A stretch of DNA of 64,000 nucleotides from Candidatus Obscuribacteraceae bacterium (GCA_044229845.1 JBGASG010000003.1:288001-352000); one strand, 5' to 3'. Positions 10,094-20,932 are shown, counted from the stretch's first letter. Translations and numbers: made by a program. Notes: generated by a model not told the origin, from the sequence alone.

Positions 10094-10954
10094 TCATACC
10101 GCCGCTTTCGAGAGCCAGTCTTTGACTGACTGGTTGAAAGCTTCCTGCACCTGTTTTACTACTGGTCCAACTTTGCCGGTTCCAACCGGTTTCTCATCGA
10201 GAGCAATGATCGGCACCACCTGAATTGTCGTCCCGGTCAAAAAGAGTTCATCCAGCTCAAACAGCTCAGCTTCGCTGATGCGCTGCTCAATCATCGGGAT
10301 GTTGTTCCGCGTGCACAGATCAACAACATGGCGCTTAGTGATACCAGGCAAAACCGCAGGTCCGTTAGGTGCCACCAAAACTTTCCCGCCTTTCACGCCA
10401 AACACACTGGTGCGACTGCCTTCGGTAACTAAGCCGTCCCGCAGCATCACAGCTTCCAGACACCCCTGTCTTTGTGCCTCGCTGGCAGCCATACAGTTAG
10501 CCAGCAAGCTCGTCACTTTCAAATCATTTCTCTGCCAGCGGACATCCCTGGCTGTAATTGCCTTAGCACCCTCAATACGCAAGGGCGCCGCCGGGTCATC
10601 GAAGTGCTCCACATAGATTAAGCAATTAGGAACAGCGTCTTCAGGAAAGTGATGGAATCGGCGGGCACCGGCTCCCCGACTGACTTGAATGTAGACAATC
10701 GCTTCGCTCTCACCACTGTTGGTCAACGTCATATGCACGCGTTCTTTAACCACATCAACCGAAAAATTGATGGATAGCTCCTGCAGTCCCCTCGCCAATC
10801 GCTGCATATGGTCATCGACACGCCAGAGCCTGCCGCCGCTCACGCGCAGCACCTCATAGACAGCATCACCGAAAAGAAACGCCCGATCGAGCGCCGGCAC
10901 CCGCACCTCATCCAGAGGCATTTCCGAACCGTTCCAATTGGCCAGCGTCTTCAA
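10094..10954 (-). CDS. Class IV aminotransferase, D-amino-acid transaminase-like
   Basis: DRAFLFGDAVYE, YIQVSRG, RW...KVTSLLAN, EGSRTS, LPGIT. Confidence 0.9.
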   Translation of the reverse strand: MKTLANWNGSEMPLDEVRVPALDRAFLFGDAVYEVLRVSGGRLWRVDDHMQRLARGLQELSINFSVDVVKERVHMTLTNSGESEAIVYIQVSRGAGARRFHHFPEDAVPNCLIYVEHFDDPAAPLRIEGAKAITARDVRWQRNDLKVTSLLANCMAASEAQRQGCLEAVMLRDGLVTEGSRTSVFGVKGGKVLVAPNGPAVLPGITKRHVVDLCTRNNIPMIEQRISEAELFELDELFLTGTTIQVVPIIALDEKPVGTGKVGPVVKQVQEAFNQSVKDWLSKAAV

Positions 10955-11343
10955 GTTAGCTACCTCTCGCAGTCATCATCTTCCAGATCGTACACTTCGC
11001 CTTGGACGCCTACGATCTTGGCGTCCAACAGAACTCAGATGCCTCCCCGACCTCCTTGAAACAGCTCAAATTGGAGCAGCCAGACCTCAAAGACGTCGCC
11101 AGGAGTGTTCATTAGAACACATATATCAGCCTCTAATTCTGGAAACGCCGGTCCTGGCAGGGTTCAATTAGTTTATCTTTTGTAAAATCAGGGCCTGTAA
11201 TGCGGGGTAATTAGGACGGTTACCGCATCCTTAGGGCACACAAGTGGAATAGAATTAGCAGGTGCGGCGTCGGCTCGCCGCTATCACGAGCAGCTGCGCT
11301 ACTTGACAAGCGTGAACGTTCGAAAGCATGAGGAAAGTACTGA

Positions 11344-12255
11344 ATGGCAAGCGATGACATGGAGCTGAAGGCCGCGGACGACGGCTCATCCGCAGGGGAA
11401 TCAGCTCAGGCGCCTGGCACGGCAGCCGCCACTCAAACCGCCAGTGAGGGGACAGAAGACAAGGACAAAGGAAGCCGCGTCGACGCTGCCAAAGCTTTCT
11501 TCCGAGCCATGTACGCGGGCGACGAAAACGCAGACGCCGCGGCAATGGATTCCGGAGCGCAGGGCGGCGGAGCCCGACCGGGAGGCGGCGGCGGTGAAGT
11601 GGGCAGCTGTCGCAATTGCACGGGCATGGAATTTGCCCTCAAGGAAGCCGAAGCCAAAGCAAACGAAGCCGACACTCTCTATCGCCGTATGGCAGCCGAT
11701 TTCGACAATTTCCGTCGGCGCATGGAAAAGCAGAGCGAAGAGTCGGCAGCAGCCGGCGTGCGCAAAGCTGTAGAAGCTTTGCTGCCGGCGCTCGATGATT
11801 TCGACCGCGCCAAAACTTTCCTCAATGCCGACATGCCGGCCGACAAGCTGTTTGAAGGCTTCAACCTGGTGTTCACACGCCTTCTCGGTTGCCTGGAGGC
11901 TACGGGCGTGAAGCGCATTCAATCGGTCGGCGAACAGTTCGATCCCAAATTCCATGAGCCTGTGCAGCAAATCACCACGACCGAGTTCCCCGATGGCGCC
12001 GTGGCGCAGGAACTGCGTGGCGGCTACATGATGCATGACAAGGTTATTCGTCCGGCAATGGTCAACGTCGCCGACAACCCGAACGGCGCGACGGTCACGC
12101 CGCCAGCAGCTGCGCCGGCAGCGGCCACGCCGCCGGCGACTGCACCACCAGCCGCTGAGGCACCAGCGGCACCGCCTCCGGCCGAAGCGCCCGCGGCCCC
12201 TGCGGCTGCCGAGACTCCAGCCGCAGCTCCAGCCGAAGAAGCTCCGAAAGAATAA
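11344..12255 (+). CDS. grpE: Nucleotide exchange factor GrpE
   Basis: RMAADFDNFRRR, LLPALDDFDRA, FDPKFHE, GYMMHDKVIRPAMV. Confidence 0.95.
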   Translation: MASDDMELKAADDGSSAGESAQAPGTAAATQTASEGTEDKDKGSRVDAAKAFFRAMYAGDENADAAAMDSGAQGGGARPGGGGGEVGSCRNCTGMEFALKEAEAKANEADTLYRRMAADFDNFRRRMEKQSEESAAAGVRKAVEALLPALDDFDRAKTFLNADMPADKLFEGFNLVFTRLLGCLEATGVKRIQSVGEQFDPKFHEPVQQITTTEFPDGAVAQELRGGYMMHDKVIRPAMVNVADNPNGATVTPPAAAPAAATPPATAPPAAEAPAAPPPAEAPAAPAAAETPAAAPAEEAPKE

Positions 12256-12419
12256 ACGCAACTGCCGACAATTGCAGTGCCACCATATTCACCACTATCA
12301 GGTGAGTTAGGGCGCCAGATTTTGCTTCATTAGCTTGTATAAATCAACATTACATAGCAACTCGCGCTTTCGCACAGCTTCTAAAGCCGGAATGCCATAG
12401 AATAGAACGAGTGAAAACC

Positions 12420-13592
12420 ATGTCCAATCGCGATTATTACGACGTTCTTGGAGTGCAGCGCAACGCCTCCGCGGACCAAATCAAGAAGTCCTTTCGCAAG
12501 AAGGCGGCTCAGCTTCACCCGGACAATTTGGATTCGGGAGATGAGTCCGCGTTCAAAGAATTAGTCAACGCCTACGAAGTACTTTCCGATGATCAGCGGC
12601 GTTCGCTCTACGATCGCTACGGCGAGGACGGTTTGCGCCGCGCGGGTGGCGGTGGGGAGCCGAACTTCGACTTCGGTGCCTTCGGCGACCTGGGCGAGAT
12701 ATTCGAATACTTTTTCGGCGGCGGCGGCCGCACTTACAGTCGGCAGAAGGCAGGCCCGCAGCGTGGATCCGATCTAAAAATGGGTCTGGAGCTGGACTTT
12801 CTGGAAGCCGTGTTCGGCTGCGAAAAGAAGATCAGCGTCAAGCATGCCATCGATTGCACCGAATGCAGTGGCACGGGCGCCGCGCGCGGCAGCAAGCGCA
12901 TCAATTGCAAAACCTGCGGCGGACAGGGTCAAGTACGGCAGAGTGCCGCAACGCTGTTCGGGCAGTTCACACAGATATTGCCTTGCCCGCACTGCGACGG
13001 GGAAGGGACGACGGTCGAGAATCCTTGCGGTGTGTGCCAGGGGCACGGACAGACTCGCAAGTCGGAAAGCATCGATTTGAAGGTACCGCCGGGCGTCGAT
13101 CACGGTGCTCGCTTGCGGGTATCTCAGGCTGGCGACCAGGGCAAGCGCGGCGCGCCGGCAGGCGATCTGTATGTGATCTTGCAAGTCAGACAGCACGCCG
13201 AATTTGTTCGAGACGGTCATAACATCCACCTCAAGCAACCCGTCAGCTTCTCCATGGCAGGACTGGGCGGCGAGTTATTGGTATCCACGGTTGACGGTCC
13301 GCGAGTTCTGAAGATACCGGCAGGAATTCAATCAGGCACGGCGTTGACCATGAAAGAGCAGGGGGTGCCGCATCTGGGCAACCCGACCAAACGCGGTGAC
13401 CAGGTGGTGCACGTTGTCGTTGAAACACCCTCGAAGCTGAGCGATGAAGAAAAAAATCTGCTACGTCAGTTAGCCGAGGTACGCGGAGAAAAGCTGACGG
13501 TCGCGGAGTCTCTGAAGAACGGTCCGAAAGACGGACAGCAATCGCTCTTCGATGTGATCGCGGGCGTATTCAAGAAAAATGATGGCGACTAG
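12420..13592 (+). CDS. dnaJ: Chaperone DnaJ (class A)
   Basis: DYYDVLGV, HPD motif, G/F-rich region, four CxxCxGxG repeats, C-terminal domains. Confidence 0.96.
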   Translation: MSNRDYYDVLGVQRNASADQIKKSFRKKAAQLHPDNLDSGDESAFKELVNAYEVLSDDQRRSLYDRYGEDGLRRAGGGGEPNFDFGAFGDLGEIFEYFFGGGGRTYSRQKAGPQRGSDLKMGLELDFLEAVFGCEKKISVKHAIDCTECSGTGAARGSKRINCKTCGGQGQVRQSAATLFGQFTQILPCPHCDGEGTTVENPCGVCQGHGQTRKSESIDLKVPPGVDHGARLRVSQAGDQGKRGAPAGDLYVILQVRQHAEFVRDGHNIHLKQPVSFSMAGLGGELLVSTVDGPRVLKIPAGIQSGTALTMKEQGVPHLGNPTKRGDQVVHVVVETPSKLSDEEKNLLRQLAEVRGEKLTVAESLKNGPKDGQQSLFDVIAGVFKKNDGD

Positions 13593-15030
13593 GCATGGCT
13601 TCCTGACTGCTTTAGCAGTATTCCTGTCAGTCACCATCTTCAGTGCACTGCTTACTCCACCCGCCCGCGCCACACGCCTTCCCGCCGAACTTCGTCAGGC
13701 GGCCGAGCAAGTCTTTCCACATGCCCAAGTGAGATTGGACGGTTCGCTGGCTCTGCCGGACGGGTCTCTGGTATTGCCTCTGGTGCCCGCAACGGCCGCC
13801 AAGAGCAAGCTGGAAAAACTCGACATCGAAGCAAAGTTTCCGGAAGCCGATCCGGTAATTGTGTTTTACTCCAACGGTTGGGCACACGTAAGAACCTGCC
13901 TGCGCGGCAAGTCACGCACCATATCGTTGCCTAAAGACACGCCTGAAAAACTGGTCAAGCATGCTCTGTCCATGCACTTTCCGTCTGACCTGATCGTCCC
14001 GGAGCATTTCGTACTGCCCAAATCGCTGAAACCTTTTATCGGCGATTTGCAGATCAATCTCATCGATGATGTGGTCTTGATGAAACCCGAGTTCGGGCAG
14101 GTGAAGAAAGAGCCGTCCGGTCACTACGATGGTCCGGGGACCGTCATGCTCACCAGCATCAACACCGGCACCATCACGCTTTTGAATGGCAACACGCTGG
14201 CCAAAGTCGCCGAGTTTCCCACCGAAGGCACGCCGTGCAGCATGCATTACCAGAACGGCATTCTATATATTGCCGACCAGGGCAAACATCGCGTGCTCAT
14301 GCTCGACGTCGGCAAACGACGATTCCTGGGGCAGATCGACCTGGTTCCCGGCAGCGCTCCCAAAGGCATCGCGGCACTGCCGAACGGAAAACTTCTCTAT
14401 GTTTCCGAGAGCGGCACCGGACATATCTCGACCATCGAGACAGCCAGCGGAAAAGTCCTGGTGCGCACCAAAGTTCCGCCCGGTCCGGGTCGCATGGTGG
14501 TGACGCCCGACGGCGTGTTTCTCATCGTCCTCAACGTTTCCTCAGGAGATCTGACGGTCATCGCCACATACAATCAGCGCGTTGTCGGTACAGTCAAGGT
14601 AGGCTCGATGCCCAGTTCGATCGCATTGGCCGGCGAAGGACGCACCGCTTACGTGAGCTGCAAAAACGCTAATTACGTAGCTGTTGTCGACGTCACCAAC
14701 AGGCGCGTCACGGGCGCCATCAAGACCGGTTCCAGCCCGACCGGCATCGCCCTCACGGCGGACGGCAGCCGCGTCTTCGTAGCCAGTGCCCGCGACAACA
14801 TGATCACCGCCTACGATACCAAGACGCTTACTCAAAATGGTGAAGCCAGATTGCCGCTCGATGTAGAGTTTCCTGGCACAATCTGTCTCTTGCCGGGAGG
14901 CAAGCGCCTGGTGGTAACCAGTCAGCAAACGGACGCCATCGGCATTATGGATGTGGAAAGAATGACCTTCGAAAGTGATTCCAGGTTGGGTCATCCCGTC
15001 CAGGAAGTAATCTGGGCACCAGTGCATTGA
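13579..15030 (+). CDS. Exported YVTN/YncE-like beta-propeller protein
   Basis: Signal peptide ending PARA; repeated PxGIAxxPDG...YV blades. Confidence 0.8.
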   Translation: MMATRHGFLTALAVFLSVTIFSALLTPPARATRLPAELRQAAEQVFPHAQVRLDGSLALPDGSLVLPLVPATAAKSKLEKLDIEAKFPEADPVIVFYSNGWAHVRTCLRGKSRTISLPKDTPEKLVKHALSMHFPSDLIVPEHFVLPKSLKPFIGDLQINLIDDVVLMKPEFGQVKKEPSGHYDGPGTVMLTSINTGTITLLNGNTLAKVAEFPTEGTPCSMHYQNGILYIADQGKHRVLMLDVGKRRFLGQIDLVPGSAPKGIAALPNGKLLYVSESGTGHISTIETASGKVLVRTKVPPGPGRMVVTPDGVFLIVLNVSSGDLTVIATYNQRVVGTVKVGSMPSSIALAGEGRTAYVSCKNANYVAVVDVTNRRVTGAIKTGSSPTGIALTADGSRVFVASARDNMITAYDTKTLTQNGEARLPLDVEFPGTICLLPGGKRLVVTSQQTDAIGIMDVERMTFESDSRLGHPVQEVIWAPVH

Positions 15031-18000
15031 AAGAGAACCTTATGAAGTACAGTCGACCGACAAACCTCCTGCTCGCCGCGTCCATAATTCTGGAGACAGG
15101 TTGTCCGCTCCCCATCCTGGCTGCACCGGCATCCGCAGCCAAACCTCAGGCAGCATCAACCGCGGTATCATCGCCCGCGCAAGCGAGAACTTTATTTAAG
15201 AGGGGGCTTTATCAAGAATCTCGCGCCGGGTACCAGAAGCTGATACCGGTTCTCGAAAAGAGACAGGCTGGGCAGCCTGCTCTGGCAGATGCGCTGGATG
15301 GCTATGGCGAAGTCCTCACCGAACTCAACGACTTCGACGCCGCCGAAAAGGCCTACAAAGAATCGCTGACGATCCGCCGCGCCAAGCAACCGGGCAGCGC
15401 GGCGCTCGCCAACACACTCAGCCTTTATGGTCGTTTTCTGCTCTTCGGGAGGCTTAACTCCGCGCAGGCAGCCACAACCTGCAATGAAGCAATGGCGATC
15501 AGGCAGAAACTGACAGCCCAGCGCGATGTGGAAATAGCCAAATCGGAGTTTGATCTCGGCGAGATCAGCAACTTTCAAAATAACTTTGTCGATGCGCTCG
15601 GACACTACCGCAAATCTATTGAAGTCAAAGAAAGAGTGCTCGGGAAAGACGATGAGAGCCTGGTGGAAGCGTACTGGGGAATGTCTCAAATCCTCGATGC
15701 CTTGCATGACTACACCGGCGCACGAAGGGCTTCGGAGCGAGCGCTGGAAATCAGCATCAAGCGCAACGGTCTCGACCACCCGATGACGGCCAATGTACAG
15801 CTTGAACATGCCGCACAACTCATGGAGTTCGACGAGTACGAACAGGCAGAAAAGGACATTCTGGCAGTGATTGCCGAAAGGCGTAGAGTCTTCGGTGAAA
15901 CCGGCATTCCCCTGGCGTCGGCATACAACTATCTGAGCCGCCTTTATCTGGATAAAGGAGATCTTGCCGGCGCCGTCCAGTTGCGACGCAAGGCTATGGA
16001 CATTTACGAGAAGTACACCACCGCGACGGTACCGTGGGCGGTGATGGGGCTGCGTCCTTACGCGATGATCGTGCTCAAGCAAGCGAAGTTCGACGAAGCC
16101 GAGAAGCTCTCGCGCCGCACTGCTGAAATGGAAGAACAGGTTTTCGGCAAAGACAGCCCGGTGGCGCTGGTCAACTCCAAGCAGCTGATGCTCAGCCTCT
16201 ACCGCGAGAGCGGCCGGTATGGCGAAGCCGAGCCGCTGGCAGAAGAGATGATTGTCGCCGGCGGCTCGAACAACCAGGACAAAGGTATTGCCCTGGCTCA
16301 GGCTCTCTCGCAACTGGCCGAGATGCATATCGATCAGGAGCGACTGGAAAGCGCCGAGTCACTGGTCAAACGCGCCATGGAAGTGCAGACGAAAGAGCTC
16401 GGTCCCAATCATCCGGATGTCGCCTACAGCCTGGAAAATCTAGGTGATATCTATTATTCGCACCGCGACTTCGTCAAGTCAAAGGAGATGTACCAAAAGG
16501 CTGCCGGCATCGTCGCGTCCTACTTCGGTAAGCACTCCGACGGTTATGCGACCGCCCTGCTCTTCCTTGCCGATAACGAACTTGCCCAATCGAATTATGG
16601 TGCGGCAGAAAAACTGTACAAAGAAGCTCGCTCCATTTATCTGGACATCCTCGGTCCCAACGCACGCGACCTGGCTCTCGTCGATCAGAAGCTTGCCCAC
16701 ATGTATTTCGAAACGGGCAACTTCGAAGAAGCCAAAAGCAAGGCGCTCAGCGCGCTCAATATTCGTGAGCACATGTACGGTCTGGAGCATCCGGCAACAG
16801 CGACCGCCCTTTCCGAGCTTGCTTATGTCTCGCTATTGAAGAGCGATGCCGAGTACTGCGAGTCGCTCTACAAGCTCTCGTTATCCATTGACAGCCAGAT
16901 TTACGGCAAGGAGAATCCGGCCATAGCGGCAGCTCTGATACGCCTCGGCAACTTTTACGCCATGCAGGGTCAGTATGCCAAAGCGGAAGATGCACTGAAA
17001 TCCGCTGTCGCAATCCGCGACAAAGTGTTCGGTGAAAACAGCGTGCTCACCGCTGATGCACTTCTTGTGCTGGGCGAAAATTACACGCAAGCCAACAAGT
17101 TCGACGAGGCAGAAGAGGCAATCAAACGCGCGATTCAGATCAGTGAGCGTTTCGCCGGCGCCGACTCTCGCGTCACAGGTCTTGCCTATCGTCGGCTCGC
17201 CCAGGCATACGCCGAGAAGGGCTCTTTCTCAGATGCCGAAAAGAATTACAAGAAGGCGCTAGACATCTTTGAAAAACTGCCTGCCAGCAAGCACACCGAC
17301 ATAATCTGGGTTTTGAAGGATATGGCTCAGTCCTATCAAGATCGCAAACAATATGCAGAGGCAGAAGCGGCTTACAAGCGCGCCATTTCGCTTTATGAGG
17401 AATCACGCCAGAAAGGCGGCGGAGTCGGCACCACCTTTTTCCTGCCGATGGTGAGCGGGCTGGCGACCTTGTATACGCAAGAGAAAAAATACCCCGAAGC
17501 GACGGAGCTGTATAAGCACGCGCTCGAGATCAACGACAAGGCAAGCGCCGATGTCGACTTCAAAGCAGCCGTACTGAGCAAAATGGCCGGCGTCGCCCTG
17601 GAGAGCGGCAACATGGATCAGGCTGAGCAATTCCTCAGCCAGGAAAAGTCCGTAATCGAAAAACAGTTCGGTCCCAACACCTATAAACTAGGACGACCGA
17701 TGCGGTCACTGGCACTGCTCACTGCCAAACGCAACCAGCCCGAACTGGCGGAGACCATGCTCAAAGACGTTATTGAGCTGTATTCGAAGACGCTTGGACC
17801 GAATGATCCCAATCTCTCCGGAGCATACGACAACCTGGCGACACTCTATGTTTCGCGAAAAATGCTGCCTGAGGCGCGTGCGGCATTTGCGCGCTCGCTG
17901 CAGATCTCATTGAAGAACGTTGGCGAAAATGACATCTCAATCGCCGAAGACTTGCGCGATCTCGCCCTCACTTACAAGCTGGAGGGGATGTATGCCGATG

Positions 18001-18839
18001 CGGAGCCGCTGCTGCGCAAGTCGGCATCGATCATGATTGAAGCCCGCGGGAAAAATCATCCGGCGCTACCCGGCGTTCTCGATCAACTCGGCGAAATTTA
18101 CGCCCGCACAGGCGATAACAAGGCGGAGGAAACTCTGAAAACCGCGCTTGCGCTGCACAAGAACGACGAGGACGCGCTCTTCACCCTGGTCAACCTGGGC
18201 ATCGCGCTCAACGTCAACAAGAAGTTTTCCGACGCCGAGCCATATCTGCGTCGCGCCATTGCCAGCCAGAAGGATGAGATTCTTGCGCACTCAACCAGTC
18301 TCTATCTGGCTGATTCGTTGATCGGGCAAAGAAAATTAGGCGAAGCGGAAGACGTGCTGGACAAATCGCTGACCTACTTCCAGGGGCACAAAGAAGGTCC
18401 GACCACCGATCGACCAATGGCGCAAACCCTGGGACGCCTGGGCAGCATCTACCTTCTGGAGAAGCGTTTTGACGACGCACAAAAGGCTTACGCACGTGTC
18501 GTCGAACTGTATAGCACCACCAACGACCGCGTCGGCAAAGCCAACTACCAGAGCGCCCTCAATTCGCTCGCCATCAGCTACTTCATGCTCAAGAAATATC
18601 CGGAAGCCGAGAAGAACTTCAAGCAATCACTGGCGCTCGGCGAAGTGCTGTACGGCGCCGATAGCAAAGATCTGGTCGAGACGCTCGAGAGTTACATTCA
18701 ACTCTTGAAGAAACTGAATCGCAAGCACGAGATGGTACAACTGCAGGAACGACTGCAGAAAATTCAACATCCGCAAGAAGCTGCCAGAGAAGACGAGAAG
18801 AAATCGACCGATTCAGAATCGGATCAAGGCGTAAAGTAA
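15027..18839 (+). CDS. Large exported tetratricopeptide-repeat protein (~42-aa TPRs)
   Basis: Signal-like N-terminus; repeats such as LGPNHPDVAYSLENLG across the whole length. Confidence 0.9.
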   Translation: MKENLMKYSRPTNLLLAASIILETGCPLPILAAPASAAKPQAASTAVSSPAQARTLFKRGLYQESRAGYQKLIPVLEKRQAGQPALADALDGYGEVLTELNDFDAAEKAYKESLTIRRAKQPGSAALANTLSLYGRFLLFGRLNSAQAATTCNEAMAIRQKLTAQRDVEIAKSEFDLGEISNFQNNFVDALGHYRKSIEVKERVLGKDDESLVEAYWGMSQILDALHDYTGARRASERALEISIKRNGLDHPMTANVQLEHAAQLMEFDEYEQAEKDILAVIAERRRVFGETGIPLASAYNYLSRLYLDKGDLAGAVQLRRKAMDIYEKYTTATVPWAVMGLRPYAMIVLKQAKFDEAEKLSRRTAEMEEQVFGKDSPVALVNSKQLMLSLYRESGRYGEAEPLAEEMIVAGGSNNQDKGIALAQALSQLAEMHIDQERLESAESLVKRAMEVQTKELGPNHPDVAYSLENLGDIYYSHRDFVKSKEMYQKAAGIVASYFGKHSDGYATALLFLADNELAQSNYGAAEKLYKEARSIYLDILGPNARDLALVDQKLAHMYFETGNFEEAKSKALSALNIREHMYGLEHPATATALSELAYVSLLKSDAEYCESLYKLSLSIDSQIYGKENPAIAAALIRLGNFYAMQGQYAKAEDALKSAVAIRDKVFGENSVLTADALLVLGENYTQANKFDEAEEAIKRAIQISERFAGADSRVTGLAYRRLAQAYAEKGSFSDAEKNYKKALDIFEKLPASKHTDIIWVLKDMAQSYQDRKQYAEAEAAYKRAISLYEESRQKGGGVGTTFFLPMVSGLATLYTQEKKYPEATELYKHALEINDKASADVDFKAAVLSKMAGVALESGNMDQAEQFLSQEKSVIEKQFGPNTYKLGRPMRSLALLTAKRNQPELAETMLKDVIELYSKTLGPNDPNLSGAYDNLATLYVSRKMLPEARAAFARSLQISLKNVGENDISIAEDLRDLALTYKLEGMYADAEPLLRKSASIMIEARGKNHPALPGVLDQLGEIYARTGDNKAEETLKTALALHKNDEDALFTLVNLGIALNVNKKFSDAEPYLRRAIASQKDEILAHSTSLYLADSLIGQRKLGEAEDVLDKSLTYFQGHKEGPTTDRPMAQTLGRLGSIYLLEKRFDDAQKAYARVVELYSTTNDRVGKANYQSALNSLAISYFMLKKYPEAEKNFKQSLALGEVLYGADSKDLVETLESYIQLLKKLNRKHEMVQLQERLQKIQHPQEAAREDEKKSTDSESDQGVK

Positions 18840-19564
18840 GCCTGATTGGGCAGTTTGAAGCACTGGTCGGCATGCAGTCCATACAGATCCGACTCTTGAT
18901 CTCCCATGTTGCAGATGATGTGGTAACCCTGCCGTTCGATCTGCCTTCGATATTCAGTTTTGAAATCTTCCGGAAAGGACGGCTTCGGCTGGGAAACTTC
19001 CATGAATAGAGCCACGTACTTGACGCCCAGCTTCTGAATATTTTGCTCAGTACCGGCTCTCAGACAGGCGTTTCTTCCAGTGATAAAAAAGATTGGAAAC
19101 CCTTTTTCGTTGCACCACTTAGCAAAGTCCAGAACAGCGGGAATCGGTGGTGCCTTGGCTTCGGCAACATATTGAGCCCAATTGCGTTCGCCGTCGGCGG
19201 CTTGCGGTCCTTCCTTCCAATCGTCGGTGGCGGCGTCATAACTCTTGGACATGTATTGCTCGGAGCTGTCGAAGAGTGTTTCGTCCAGATCGAGCACGAC
19301 CGCGCAGTTGAGATCGCCGACGAACTTTTGGCAGTAGGACTTCGCCTCATCGACGACCTTCGCCACTTCTTGTTTGTAGGCGTCTGTCTTCATATACCTG
19401 ATGCCCGGTCCCAGCTTGTATTTCGGATCATTCGGGATGGTTATTTCATTGGCCGGTCGGGCTAAGGCTGCCATCTGGCACCAGAGGAAACAACCGCACA
19501 ACATCAAAAGCGCTCTGGTCATAGGCACATCCTTTCTAGCCATGAAAAGTCCATCCAAAGTCAT
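18824..19564 (-). CDS. HAD-superfamily acid phosphatase (class B/C-like), exported
   Basis: DLDET, ITGR, FK, GDQESD, KLPN motifs; signal peptide. Confidence 0.88.
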   Translation of the reverse strand: MTLDGLFMARKDVPMTRALLMLCGCFLWCQMAALARPANEITIPNDPKYKLGPGIRYMKTDAYKQEVAKVVDEAKSYCQKFVGDLNCAVVLDLDETLFDSSEQYMSKSYDAATDDWKEGPQAADGERNWAQYVAEAKAPPIPAVLDFAKWCNEKGFPIFFITGRNACLRAGTEQNIQKLGVKYVALFMEVSQPKPSFPEDFKTEYRRQIERQGYHIICNMGDQESDLYGLHADQCFKLPNQAYFTP

Positions 19565-19567
19565 CGC

Positions 19568-20932
19568 TCATTTGGCAGCAGTTTCCTGCTGTCGGGTGCG
19601 TGTGAGGAGAAGGAACAAAGTCCCCGCTATCAGCAGCGAAGCGGACAAGAACAGTAACGCACCAGCGAAGCTCTGCGTCTTGGTTTTGACGAATGCAACA
19701 ATGGTGGGTCCGGCGAACCCTCCCAGGTTACCGATGGAATTGATCAAAGCAATGCTGGCGGCGGCCGCAGCACCACTGACGGTGGCGGTGGTGCGCGCCC
19801 AGAAAGGTCCTACCGTTCCCCAAATACCGAAAGCCGTCAGGCAAAGACATGCCAGGGCGGCCGCCGGATTAGCACTCAAAAGCGCGGTGCCGGCAAATCC
19901 GAGGGCGCCGAGTAGGGCGGCGCCGGCCATGTGATAGCGCCGGTCGCCTGTGCGGTCGGAACTGGTGCCGACGACCAATATCCCCAGTGCTTGCGAAGCG
20001 GCTGGAATCGCCGAAACCAGAGCCGTGGTGGTATCAGATAAATTGCCGAGACTCTTAATGATCTGGGGCAACCAGAGCTGAAAACCATACATTGCCACTG
20101 TCAGGCAAAAATAGCAAAGCGCAAATGACCAGACCAGCCAGTTGGTGAGCGCGTCCAGAGCATCCGGCCGCGGCTCGCCGGTTTCCGATTTGACTACTGC
20201 AGCCTTTTCAATCGCTTGCTTGTCGACCGCAATGACGTTCCCAAGAAGCTGCCGCTCATCTGGTGTCAGCCAGCCTGCCTTGAGAGGGTGATCGGCGAGC
20301 ACGAACCAGACCAGCACTCCGAGCAACACAGAAGGCAAACCCGTAATGATGAACAACCACTGCCAGCCAGCCAATCCAGCGACTTCCATGCCCAGAGCTT
20401 TCGATGCCACCAGTCCGCCGAGAACAGCGGCCGCGGGAATCGCGCTCATGAAGCCACTGACCGCTTTGCCATGCTGTTTCTTCGGAAACCAGTAAGTCAG
20501 ATACAGGATCACACCGGGGAAGAAACCAGCTTCAGCAACACCCAGAAAGAAACGCAGCCAGTAAAACTGCTCGGCAGTCCGCACGCTGTACATGGCGACC
20601 GAGACACAACCCCAGATCACCATAATGGTGGCAATCCACCGGCGAGCGCCAACCTTTTCCAGAATCAGGTTACTGGGCACACCAAAAACGCAATAACCAA
20701 GGAAGAATATACCGGTGCCCAGCCCGAACACCATGTCGTCGAACTTCAGCGCCGGTCCCATTTGCAGAACAGCAAGCGAAACATTGATCCTGTCCAGATA
20801 GGACATGATGTAGAGCACGAAGAGAAACGGTATAAGCCGCCAGGTGACCTTCTTCAAAATGCGAGTCAGCTCGGGGCTCTCTTGGGCCACCGGTGCCACC
20901 CCTTCGCCGGTCATTTCTGAAGTTTCAGACAT
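19568..20932 (-). CDS. MFS transporter (anion:cation symporter family)
   Basis: YLDRIN, VPSNLIL, RFFLGVAEAGFFPG, INSIGNLGGF. Confidence 0.93.
   Translation of the reverse strand: MSETSEMTGEGVAPVAQESPELTRILKKVTWRLIPFLFVLYIMSYLDRINVSLAVLQMGPALKFDDMVFGLGTGIFFLGYCVFGVPSNLILEKVGARRWIATIMVIWGCVSVAMYSVRTAEQFYWLRFFLGVAEAGFFPGVILYLTYWFPKKQHGKAVSGFMSAIPAAAVLGGLVASKALGMEVAGLAGWQWLFIITGLPSVLLGVLVWFVLADHPLKAGWLTPDERQLLGNVIAVDKQAIEKAAVVKSETGEPRPDALDALTNWLVWSFALCYFCLTVAMYGFQLWLPQIIKSLGNLSDTTTALVSAIPAASQALGILVVGTSSDRTGDRRYHMAGAALLGALGFAGTALLSANPAAALACLCLTAFGIWGTVGPFWARTTATVSGAAAAASIALINSIGNLGGFAGPTIVAFVKTKTQSFAGALLFLSASLLIAGTLFLLLTRTRQQETAAK

Noticed and set aside
10955..11343. CIRCE element upstream of grpE
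   Set aside because: No TTAGCACTC-N9-GAGTGCTAA match; the short hairpin near 11002-11028 does not fit.
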